64,000 nt of DNA from a bacterium. Its GTDB lineage: Bacteria > Vulcanimicrobiota > JABDET01. Made by a program: the position numbers and the translations under genes. The first letter of the stretch is position 1; each line of letters opens with the position of its first letter. The DNA is taken from assembly GCA_021800275.1 (NCBI GenBank), contig JAJYZB010000013.1:516-64515 (forward strand). Reading direction: 5' to 3'. This document shows positions 29,292-39,464 of this stretch, in pieces. The notes below the pieces were generated by a model. It had not been told where the DNA came from. It did not search any database and saw nothing but the letters and a program-made list of their open reading frames with translations.

Positions 29292-29852
29292 TTATTCATC
29301 CGATTTAAAAACATCTTCCAGGACAAGGGTGAAGCCAGGTAAAAGAAAAGATTCTATAACCTGACCCCTTTTGTAGATCCCTTTCTCTTGAAAAGCTTCC
29401 CCCTCTAAAATAAAGACAGAAATGGTTTCAGTGTCAGGGTCCACAATCCAGTACTCTTTAACCCCATACTTTTCATAGATCCCTTTCTTTTTGATGGTAT
29501 CTCTCTTCTTATCTCCAGAAGAAAGGATTTCAATCACGAAATCAGGAGCCCCCTGAACATTGGCTTCTGTCAGGATGGATCTGCGCTCATTTGAGATGTA
29601 AAGAAGATCAGGCTGCACAATGTCATATTGAGATAAGACCACATCAAAAGGAGCATTATAAACTTTCCCTAAAGGATGGGTTTCAACCCATTGACAGAGT
29701 CGAAATTCAATTTCTCTTGAAATTTCCTGGTGTTTTCTGAAAGGGGAAGGGGACATCAGAAGTTCTCCATCCAGAACCTCTGCCCGAACTTTTTCAGGGA
29801 GCTGACAGTAATCCTCATAAGTGTATTTCCTTTTTTCATGAAGAACAGTCAT
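29292..29852 (-). CDS. Uma2/DUF820-family restriction-fold endonuclease
   Basis: TYEDY..EVLDGEL.MSPSP..HQ, VQPD, GAPDFVIEILS, YEKYGVKEYWIVDP; RBS AAGGAG. Confidence 0.9.
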   Translation of the reverse strand: MTVLHEKRKYTYEDYCQLPEKVRAEVLDGELLMSPSPFRKHQEISREIEFRLCQWVETHPLGKVYNAPFDVVLSQYDIVQPDLLYISNERRSILTEANVQGAPDFVIEILSSGDKKRDTIKKKGIYEKYGVKEYWIVDPDTETISVFILEGEAFQEKGIYKRGQVIESFLLPGFTLVLEDVFKSDE

Positions 29853-29889
29853 TTTTCTGCATCTCCTTTCTATGTTAACAGACCCCTGT

Positions 29890-29910
29890 CAAAAATTTGT
29901 CAAATTTTTG
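29890..29910. promoter_or_regulatory. Perfect palindrome (possible operator) upstream of the Uma2 gene
   Basis: CAAAAATTTG-T-CAAATTTTTG, overlapping tandem TTGACA hexamers on the minus strand. Confidence 0.45.
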
Positions 29911-29969
29911 CCTCGGTTCCAACATTATCATATCATAAAACAAAGGGAAATTCAAGAAAAAATAAAGTT

Positions 29970-30065
29970 TCCTGGCTGAATGAAAAAGTCTATAACCCCT
30001 TTGACATCCTTTTATTCCTCCGAGAAAAACAGTTTCGCTCTTACTGGTTTGAAACAGGAACTCCA
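29970..30065 (+). pseudogene. Displaced 32-codon internal fragment of an AAA-ATPase/PD-(D/E)XK gene
   Basis: Translates SWLNEKVYNPFDILLFLREKQFRSYWFETGTP, the YNP..YWFETGTP signature missing from 28245-29289. Confidence 0.75.
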
Positions 30066-30580
30066 ATTGTCACGATCCCTGCTCACCAGCGTTATTACTA
30101 GACAGAGAGCTGGCAGAAAGCTGAAAAATAGGCAGATAAGGATGTCTAAAAATGCGGTCTTTTTAAGTTTTCGTCTGTTCAGGAGTTAATGAAAAGTGTA
30201 GAGCATCATCGCAAAAAAAATAAAAAGCGTTGATGTTTGTTTTGTCCACTTCTAAAAAACTTGACGTTTAACTCCAAACGTCATATAATAAAATCTCACA
30301 CTTCTGTCCGATAAAAATTCTGCCCCATTTCTTGTTCTGAGAGGTGGTCAGACCTCCTGTCCGCCAATCTGCAGCAGAATAAATTGACAGGGGGTCTCTG
30401 TAGATCCCACATTATCCCGCTAATTCTTCTTGCTGCAGTGATTGCCCAGATACATGGATTCTAAAATATCCTAGCTTTTTAGTTTCTGCAGAACTTCTGA
30501 AAGGGTGTAGGTTTTATTCGTAATAGAATGCTTAATGATTTTTAACAGGATTTTGATCTCTGGTGCTAAAAGATTAAAGT

Positions 30581-30688
30581 ATGCAATTGACACTCACAGA
30601 GTATATTAATGGGTCCATGGCTAAAGCTGTTTACAAAAAATTAGAAGATGGAACCTACGTTGGCAGGATACCTTCCTGTAAGGTTTAA
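30581..30688 (+). pseudogene. Truncated HicB-family antitoxin (N-terminal 35 aa)
   Basis: Manual translation MQLTLTEYINGSMAKAVYKKLEDGTYVGRIPSCKV*; resembles the LTxYI..AM..A.Y.KLEDG...G.IP.C.G HicB N-terminus. Confidence 0.65.
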
Positions 30689-30715
30689 TAATTTTAAGAT
30701 TGCCTGCTGTTCTTC

Positions 30716-30829
30716 TCAAATTGCCAGCCTCACGAACTGTTCAACTGAATAGCCGAGTATTTTTGCAAACTGCGCGGCGCGCCCTGGGCTGACCATTTTC
30801 CGCGCTTTCTCAATATCACAGAGATGAGT
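30716..30829 (-). pseudogene. Fragment of XRE/HigA-type HTH antitoxin-like regulator
   Basis: Manual translation THLCDIEKARKMVSPGRAAQFAKILGYSVEQFVRLAI*; no start codon, N-terminus missing, premature stop. Confidence 0.6.
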
Positions 30830-30897
30830 CGGTAAGAGGATTGACGACAAGATGATGTTCCCCCATGGTAAGATGATTTATGACTTGATTCGTTGTG

Positions 30898-30925
30898 TTG
30901 ATTTTCTTAAGTATTCTGGTATAAT
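30898..30925 (+). promoter_or_regulatory. Sigma70-type promoter, likely giving a leaderless mRNA
   Basis: TTGATT, 16 nt, TATAAT with extended -10 TG; ATG 30933 lies 7 nt after the -10; no SD. Confidence 0.55.
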
Positions 30926-30932
30926 ATAATTA

Positions 30933-31514
30933 ATGAAAGATTTAGATGCTGGAAAAGATTGGAAAAAGAAGATCGCAGAACTTGAAGAAATAAAAAATCC
31001 TTTTGAAAGACTTATAAAGTTCATGTCTCATTTAACACAGGCATTATCCCTGCAGAACATTCGTCCGGTTATTACAGGAGGGCATGCCGTTGAATTTTAC
31101 ACTTCAGGGGGATATGTGACAGGGGATATTGACCTGGTTTGCGGCAGTCGAGAAGCTGTTGGAAATCTTCTTGAACAGGCAGGATTCAAAAAAAGAGGGA
31201 GATACTGGCATCATGAGGATTTGGATCTTTTTGTGGAGGTCCCTGGAGAGGCTCTAACTGAGGGTGAAGAAAAGCATCTTACCTGTGTTGAATTTGAGGG
31301 TCAGTCTATCTATTTTATTGGGGTCGAAGATATTTTGCAAGATCGGTTAAATGCCTGTGTTCATTGGAAATCAGATGAGGACTGCCGCTGGTCAAAAGAA
31401 CTTATGCTGATTCACAAAGACTCCATTGATTGGGAATATTTAAAGGAAAGATCCATGGAAGAAAAGACAATGGAAGCGTTTAAAAGATTTAAGAAGGAGC
31501 TCCATTTGTCGTGA
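30933..31514 (+). CDS. Pol-beta-superfamily nucleotidyltransferase (DUF6036/AbiEii-like)
   Basis: VITGGHAVEFY..YVTGDIDLV (GG..DxD), GVEDILQDRL, IDWEYL. Confidence 0.75.
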   Translation: MKDLDAGKDWKKKIAELEEIKNPFERLIKFMSHLTQALSLQNIRPVITGGHAVEFYTSGGYVTGDIDLVCGSREAVGNLLEQAGFKKRGRYWHHEDLDLFVEVPGEALTEGEEKHLTCVEFEGQSIYFIGVEDILQDRLNACVHWKSDEDCRWSKELMLIHKDSIDWEYLKERSMEEKTMEAFKRFKKELHLS

Positions 31515-31744
31515 GAAGAGTTGAATACCACGCCTTTTTAGAAGAAAAGAAAAAGAAGATCATTGAAAACATTCATATTTTAGTTGAGTTGAAAAAACGA
31601 GAAATCTCCCGAAGGGTTCGTGATCCAAGGAAATTAGAAGCCCTTATTCAGGTTGATCTGCAGCGGTATCAGAAGTGGGTAGAAAGAGGAGTTTTAGAAA
31701 AAATCTCTCCGCGCCATTTTAGAATTCATTTTGATAAATTGTAA
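31511..31744 (+). CDS. Small basic hypothetical protein with wHTH-like C-terminus
   Basis: GTGA overlap with the NTase stop, upstream AAGGAG; ends WVERGVLEKISPRHFRI. Confidence 0.6.
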   Translation: MRRVEYHAFLEEKKKKIIENIHILVELKKREISRRVRDPRKLEALIQVDLQRYQKWVERGVLEKISPRHFRIHFDKL

Positions 31745-31955
31745 GCTGGTTGGCACATCAAACAGTTCGTTGCTTTGACACAAAAATGACTCTATAAAGC
31801 CATTTGCTTACCCAGTTTTCTTGACCTGTATTTTCCTTAAATTTTTTCCCTCAATACGACCTATTTTTGACAGATTTTTGCGCTTCTTGTGTTAGACTGA
31901 AAACAGTTGATTTCAGCCTTAAAATCTGCTACAATAAAGGAGGTAAAAAACAGTC

Positions 31956-32726
31956 ATGCAGAACACTTTTAAAATTTACGAAAATTTAAGACAGACCTTT
32001 GGAGATGAACCTGCAAGGGTGCTGACAGTTACTATTGGTCAGGTTTATGAAGATTTGGCTAATGTCGTGACAAAAGTGGAATTTAACGAACTGAAAGAAG
32101 TTGTAAGAGAGTTGGCAGAAGCTCAGAAGCGAACTGAACTCAAAGTGGAGGAGTTGGCAGAAGCTCAGAAGCGAACTGAACTCAAAGTGGAGGAGTTGGC
32201 AGAAGCTCAGAAGCGAACTGAACTCAAAGTGGAGGAGTTGGCAGAAGCTCAGAAGCGAACTGAGGAAACGGTAAGACAGCTTGTGACTGGCATAGATGAT
32301 GTAAAAAAACAGTTAGGCGGTCTTTCCGCAGATGTAGGCTATGGACTTGAAGATAGATATCTTCCTCTCATGAAACCTTTTGTTTTGCATCAGTACGGCG
32401 CTCAACTCCCCACCACTGCTCAAAGGAAATTCATCCTTTATCCTAACGGGAAAAGAGATGAAGTGAATTTTTATTTAGAAGGGGAATTAAAAGGGGAAAA
32501 AGTTTATTTTATAGGAGAAGCAAAAACAAAGCCAGGGAAAAAGGATGTTGAACAATTTAATGCTGTGTTGAAGCGTTTAAAAGTTCATTTCAATGCTGAA
32601 GTGAAAGGGTTTATGGTGGGGTATCTTTTCCCTCCAGAAGTGGAGGACTATGTAAAAGAAGAGTATCCTGAGATTGATTTATTCAAGACTTATGAGATTG
32701 AGGAGATTGCCCGAAAAGCTTCTTGA
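31956..32726 (+). CDS. Coiled-coil repeat protein with C-terminal PD-(D/E)XK-like domain
   Basis: ([14 protein letters not shown])n repeats, then VGYGLED, EVNFY, FIGEAK; RBS AAGGAGG. Confidence 0.75.
   Translation: MQNTFKIYENLRQTFGDEPARVLTVTIGQVYEDLANVVTKVEFNELKEVVRELAEAQKRTELKVEELAEAQKRTELKVEELAEAQKRTELKVEELAEAQKRTEETVRQLVTGIDDVKKQLGGLSADVGYGLEDRYLPLMKPFVLHQYGAQLPTTAQRKFILYPNGKRDEVNFYLEGELKGEKVYFIGEAKTKPGKKDVEQFNAVLKRLKVHFNAEVKGFMVGYLFPPEVEDYVKEEYPEIDLFKTYEIEEIARKAS
32109..32263 (+). repeat. Perfect 42-bp in-frame tandem repeat, ~3.7 copies
   Basis: Unit GAGTTGGCAGAAGCTCAGAAGCGAACTGAACTCAAAGTGGAG, identical at nucleotide level. Confidence 0.95.
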
Positions 32727-32800
32727 ATTTGATTTAGACAGTATTTAAATGGGACAGAAGGTAGTTTTGTGGAGGGGTCTAATAAAGAAATGGTTGAAAA

Positions 32801-33832
32801 ATGGAATTTGGTTTTTTAAATGGTGATGGGCCTTCTTCTCTTCTGGTTTTGTCCAGTCGCATTCGAATTGCCCGAAATTTGAAAGATTATCCTTTCCCTT
32901 ATAGAGCCACTGAAACTCTCAGAAAAGAGATTCTGGGAAAAATTTTTCAGGTAGTTCAATCTGAAGAATCGCTCAAGATTTTACAGTTTATAAATTTGGA
33001 TGAATTTCAGAATCTTGAAAAGCAGGTTTTGCTTGAAAACCATCTGGTAAGTCCAAATTTTATTCAAGACAGTAAAGGAAAAGGAATTTTCTTGCATCTT
33101 CCTACCACTATCAGCATGATGGTGAACGAAGAAGATCACCTGAGAATTCAGTGTTTAACATCAGGATTAGATCTGGAAAAAGGATGGGAAGTTTTAAATA
33201 AGTTAGATGATCTTTTAGAAAGTCATTTGTCTTTTGCTTTTAACGAGTCCTGGGGGTATTTGTCCGCTTATCCAACCAATTTGGGAACAGGACTCAGGGC
33301 TTCTGTGCTGCTGCATTTGCCTGCTCTCGTCTTTCTTCAGGCAATGCCTGGTTTAATTCAATCTTTAAATCAAATGGGAATTGTTGTTCGCGGATTTTAT
33401 GGAGAAGGAACAGAATCTCAGGGGTATTTCTTTCAGATTTCGAATGCATTTTCCATTGGACATTCAGAGGAAGAGATCGTGACTCGGATTTCTACGGTGG
33501 CTGGGCAAGTGTTGCATCAAGAATTGGAGTCCAGGGAAAGGATGAAAAAGAACCAGCCTGAATTAATTGTGGACCGCATCTGGAGAAGTTTTTCCGTCCT
33601 TAAATCTGCTAGATTGATTAATTCCGCTGAGGCAATGGAACACCTGTCACTGACTAGAATGGGGGTTCAAATGGGGATTCTTCCTCACATTCCAGCTAAA
33701 ACTTTGAATGAACTGATGAGGATGACTCGATCCGCTAATCTGCAGAAAGAGCTGAAAGAAGAATTGGATGCCTTAAAAAGAGATGGAATGAGGGCTGATT
33801 ATTTAAGAAGTTTGCTGGCAGGTTTTTCATAG
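32801..33832 (+). CDS. mcsB: Protein-arginine kinase McsB (ATP:guanido phosphotransferase family)
   Basis: LSSRIRIARNL, MVNEEDHLRIQ, PTNLGTGLRASV, VRGFYGEGT, FQISN; directly upstream of clpC. Confidence 0.9.
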   Translation: MEFGFLNGDGPSSLLVLSSRIRIARNLKDYPFPYRATETLRKEILGKIFQVVQSEESLKILQFINLDEFQNLEKQVLLENHLVSPNFIQDSKGKGIFLHLPTTISMMVNEEDHLRIQCLTSGLDLEKGWEVLNKLDDLLESHLSFAFNESWGYLSAYPTNLGTGLRASVLLHLPALVFLQAMPGLIQSLNQMGIVVRGFYGEGTESQGYFFQISNAFSIGHSEEEIVTRISTVAGQVLHQELESRERMKKNQPELIVDRIWRSFSVLKSARLINSAEAMEHLSLTRMGVQMGILPHIPAKTLNELMRMTRSANLQKELKEELDALKRDGMRADYLRSLLAGFS

Positions 33833-33924
33833 GATCTGGCGCCCAAGCCGTAAATTCAATTCTGACTAAGAAGGCATTTTTTTGCAGTCGTGGAAACTTT
33901 CAATTACTGATGAGGAGGTAGATT

Positions 33925-36405
<2,481 letters not shown>

Positions 36406-36427
36406 ATATTTGGAAACAGTTTATGGT

Positions 36428-36456
36428 TTGTAATTCTGCCGTCAAAGGATTAAAAT
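36428..36456 (+). promoter_or_regulatory. Sigma70-type promoter, likely leaderless, for 36463 ORF and radA
   Basis: TTGTAA (36428-33), 17 nt, TAAAAT (36451-56); ATG at 36463. Confidence 0.5.
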
Positions 36457-36462
36457 AAGATT

Positions 36463-36846
36463 ATGATGTCAGGGAAGTTGCATATTGGCTCTCTACGATT
36501 TGTAAAAATTGGAAAACCTACAAACCAGCCTATGGTCGATCCCAAGTTGGCAGAATCTTTAATTGAGCATGGTATGCCTAAAGATCAGGTCATTTTGAAT
36601 ATCAATGAATTAAGAGAAAAAAACTCCGAAAAAAAATTAATTGGGAAGAGTTTTTATCATTTTCATCAGGAGTATGGAGATAAATGCATTGATAATTTCA
36701 ACAGTGGAACTCCACGTCCTGGAGGATACGGACAAAGCGCTGCATTTGTAAACAACGGAATGATCACTTTAACCACTTTTGCAGGCAGCAGGACTCAATT
36801 TATTTCACAGGATAAAAATGGGATTATTCGAGTGCAGTACTTTTAA
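36463..36846 (+). CDS. Hypothetical protein (127 aa)
   Basis: Fills the gap between clpC and radA, ending 3 nt before the radA ATG; no motif recognised. Confidence 0.6.
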   Translation: MMSGKLHIGSLRFVKIGKPTNQPMVDPKLAESLIEHGMPKDQVILNINELREKNSEKKLIGKSFYHFHQEYGDKCIDNFNSGTPRPGGYGQSAAFVNNGMITLTTFAGSRTQFISQDKNGIIRVQYF

Positions 36847-36849
36847 CGA

Positions 36850-38190
36850 ATGTCCTCTTTAAAAACAGTTTTTATTTGCCAGAGCTGCGGAAATCAAAGC
36901 CCTAAATGGCAGGGTAGATGCCCTGACTGCGGCTCCTGGAATAGTTTTGTAGAAGAAGGGGTTTATAAAACTTCTCCTCATATTCTTTCTGAATCCACCC
37001 CTTCTGAGCCTGTTCTCTTAGACCATGTTTTAGAGGAGGTAGAACGAATTCCAACCTTCCAAGAACTGGATCGAGTTCTTGGTGGAGGTTTTGTGCAAGG
37101 GGCTTTGATTTTGGTAGGAGGCGCTCCAGGGGTTGGAAAATCAACTTTGCTGCTGCAGGCTTCTTATGCTGCAGCCGAGAGAAAAAAAGTGCTTTATATC
37201 AGCGGGGAAGAATCAGAGCAGCAGACAAAATTAAGAGGAGGGAGACTGGGTCTAAAAAGCTCTAATCTTCTTATTGCGCATGAGATTTCTCTGGATGTGA
37301 TTTTATCCCATTTGAAAAAGATTAAGCCTGCTGTAGCTGTGATTGATTCCATTCAGACCGTGTACAAAAGCGATTATAATCAAGCCCCTGGAAGTGTAAC
37401 TCAGGTTAGAGAATGCGCCGGAGAACTTCAGAGATTTTGCAAGCAGTCAGGCACAACCATTGTGCTGGTTGGACACATTACAAAAGAAGGGAGTATAGCT
37501 GGACCCAGGGTGTTAGAACACATTGTTGATGTGGTCTTGTATTTTGAGGGGGAGAACCATCATTCTTATCGGATTTTAAGGGCATTTAAGAACAGGTTCG
37601 GGAGCACTCAAGAAGCTGGCATCTTTGAAATGACGGCAGGAGGGCTGGCAGAGGTTCAAAATCCCTCGGGTTTATTTTTACAGTCTAGAGTTGACTCTCC
37701 TGGTTCTGTGGCAGTCCCTGTTTTAGAAGGGCAGAGGGCTTTATTGATGGAAGTTCAAGCTCTTGTCACTCATTCCTGGTACGGAATCCCTAAAAGAACT
37801 GCTGCAGGGGTGGATTTGAATCGGATGGCGATGATTCTAGCTGTTCTTGAAAAAAGATGCGGCTTAAAATTGGGACAGTCAGATGTGTATTTAAATGTGG
37901 CAGGGGGAATGAAAATAAAAGAACCTGCCATTGATTTAGCCGTGGCTGCTGCTGTTATTTCAAACACGAAAGATCGGGTAGTTCCACAGGAATGGGTTGT
38001 TTTTGGAGAGATCGGGCTTGGCGGGGAGGTCAGGGCTGTCCCTTTTGCTGAAGAACGAGTCAAAGAGGCGGCCAGAATCGGATTTAATAAGGTTTTTCTC
38101 CCAAAAACAAACTGTTCTTTAGTTTCAAATCCATCTGGCATTACTCTTGTTGGAATTACGAAAGTGCAGGAATTTTTATGCAGTTTTTAA
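36850..38190 (+). CDS. radA: DNA repair protein RadA/Sms
   Basis: CQSCG..CPDC Zn finger, GAPGVGKST, KNRFG, Lon-like C-terminus GEIGLGGEVR. Confidence 0.96.
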   Translation: MSSLKTVFICQSCGNQSPKWQGRCPDCGSWNSFVEEGVYKTSPHILSESTPSEPVLLDHVLEEVERIPTFQELDRVLGGGFVQGALILVGGAPGVGKSTLLLQASYAAAERKKVLYISGEESEQQTKLRGGRLGLKSSNLLIAHEISLDVILSHLKKIKPAVAVIDSIQTVYKSDYNQAPGSVTQVRECAGELQRFCKQSGTTIVLVGHITKEGSIAGPRVLEHIVDVVLYFEGENHHSYRILRAFKNRFGSTQEAGIFEMTAGGLAEVQNPSGLFLQSRVDSPGSVAVPVLEGQRALLMEVQALVTHSWYGIPKRTAAGVDLNRMAMILAVLEKRCGLKLGQSDVYLNVAGGMKIKEPAIDLAVAAAVISNTKDRVVPQEWVVFGEIGLGGEVRAVPFAEERVKEAARIGFNKVFLPKTNCSLVSNPSGITLVGITKVQEFLCSF

Positions 38191-39254
38191 AGCTTTTGTT
38201 CGCTCTTTTTTTTATTTTTTTAGGAGGATTGACAGGGTATTTGTTTTCTCACCTGCTCAATCATTGGGATTACGTTTCTCAAAGTCGAACGATTGGGATT
38301 TTGCAAGATTTTGTTTTGACCTCAGCAGGGATTCTGGTTGGGTTTCTTATTTCGCCTTATTTTTTTACCTGGTTTTTGAATATTATGGAAAGTCTGACAA
38401 AAGGGCTGGAAAAACTCTCAATGGTAGAAATTACAGCTCTGGCAGGAGGAGTGGTTTTTGGATTGATTGTTTCTTCTTTTATTGTCTATCTAATGGACTC
38501 ATTTCTTTCATCTTTTCTGCGAAGTTCCTCAGGAATGAATCTTATCAGGCCTTTTTTTATCATCTTTTCCACCCTGTTTTGCACTACTCTGGTTGTTATG
38601 ATCACGACGCGCCTGCCGATGTTTGGGAAAGGATTCAAGCAGAAAGGAGCTTCTCCCAAAATTTTAGATTCTAGCGCCATTATTGATGGAAGAATCGCAG
38701 ATACGATTGAAACTGGATTCACAGAAGGAGGAATTTTAGTTCCTAAATTCGTTTTGGAAGAGATCCAGAAAATTGCAGATTCTGCCGATCCTCTGAAAAG
38801 AAACCGTGGAAGAAGGGGTCTGGACATTTTAAATCGTATGCGCCAATCGAAGTTGTTTAACATCCAAATTATGGAAAAGGATTTTCCTGATGGGGATGTG
38901 GACGCTAAACTGATTCTCCTGGCTAAAGAAATTCAGGGAGCTATTGTTACGAATGATTACAACTTAAACAAGGTGGCTCAATTTCAAGGAGTTCAAATTT
39001 TAAATATCAATGACCTGGCTCAAGCTTTAAAACCAGTAGTTCTGCCAGGGGAGGAAATTAATGTCCAGGTTATTAGGGAGGGAAAAGAGTATGGACAAGG
39101 GGTCGGTTATCTGGATGATGGGACAATGATTGTTATTGAAAACGGCAAAAAATACATTGGAGATTTTATCGAGGTGGAAGTTTCCAGCATTCTTCAGACC
39201 TCTGCTGGGAAAATGATCTTCGCAAAGCCCAAAGCTTCACTGTCAGGAAGCTGA
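38178..39254 (+). CDS. Membrane PIN/TRAM-domain protein (YacL-like)
   Basis: N-terminal TMs; LDSSAIIDGRI, RGRRGLDIL, TNDYNLNKVA, QGVGYLDDGTMIV, LQTSAGKMIFA. Confidence 0.92.
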   Translation: MQFLKLLFALFFIFLGGLTGYLFSHLLNHWDYVSQSRTIGILQDFVLTSAGILVGFLISPYFFTWFLNIMESLTKGLEKLSMVEITALAGGVVFGLIVSSFIVYLMDSFLSSFLRSSSGMNLIRPFFIIFSTLFCTTLVVMITTRLPMFGKGFKQKGASPKILDSSAIIDGRIADTIETGFTEGGILVPKFVLEEIQKIADSADPLKRNRGRRGLDILNRMRQSKLFNIQIMEKDFPDGDVDAKLILLAKEIQGAIVTNDYNLNKVAQFQGVQILNINDLAQALKPVVLPGEEINVQVIREGKEYGQGVGYLDDGTMIVIENGKKYIGDFIEVEVSSILQTSAGKMIFAKPKASLSGS

Positions 39255-39377
39255 AACTTTCTCTTTTACAGTTTCAGACTGCTGCTTGTCTTTCAGGTCT
39301 TTTTCTCCGCAGCATTTCGAAGAAATTTCTTTTTTCTCATCCGGTCCTTTTTTCTTAAACCATCCGCTGACACACAT
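39243..39377 (-). CDS. Unannotated 44-aa small protein (MCVSGWFKKK...KCCGEK...)
   Basis: Manual translation; AAGGAG 9 nt before ATG 39377; own promoter upstream. Confidence 0.6.
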   Translation of the reverse strand: MCVSGWFKKKGPDEKKEISSKCCGEKDLKDKQQSETVKEKVSAS

Positions 39378-39411
39378 TTTTGTCATCTCCTTTTAAACAA
39401 TCTCTGTTTTC

Positions 39412-39440
39412 ATTCTACACGATTTTAAAAGAAAATGCAA
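39412..39440 (-). promoter_or_regulatory. Sigma70-type promoter for the 44-aa sORF
   Basis: Minus strand TTGCAT, 17 nt, TAGAAT. Confidence 0.6.
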
Positions 39441-39464
39441 GTCTTGTGTGTGTTAAATTTCAAA

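Noticed and set aside
29730-30101. 123-aa plus-strand ORF as a real gene
   Set aside because: Its first third is antisense to the Uma2 gene; only 32 codons resemble a known family, so it is treated as a fragment.
30400-30560. Possible further gene remnant on the minus strand
   Set aside because: The translation has stops and no family I can recognise.
32109-32263. Direct repeats as a possible CRISPR array
   Set aside because: Units are contiguous with no spacers, are in frame within a CDS, and there are no cas genes.
38147-38863. Alternative-frame ORFs over radA/yacL, and the many 60-150-aa antisense ORFs in the track
   Set aside because: They are shadows of well-supported genes and have no motifs or RBS.
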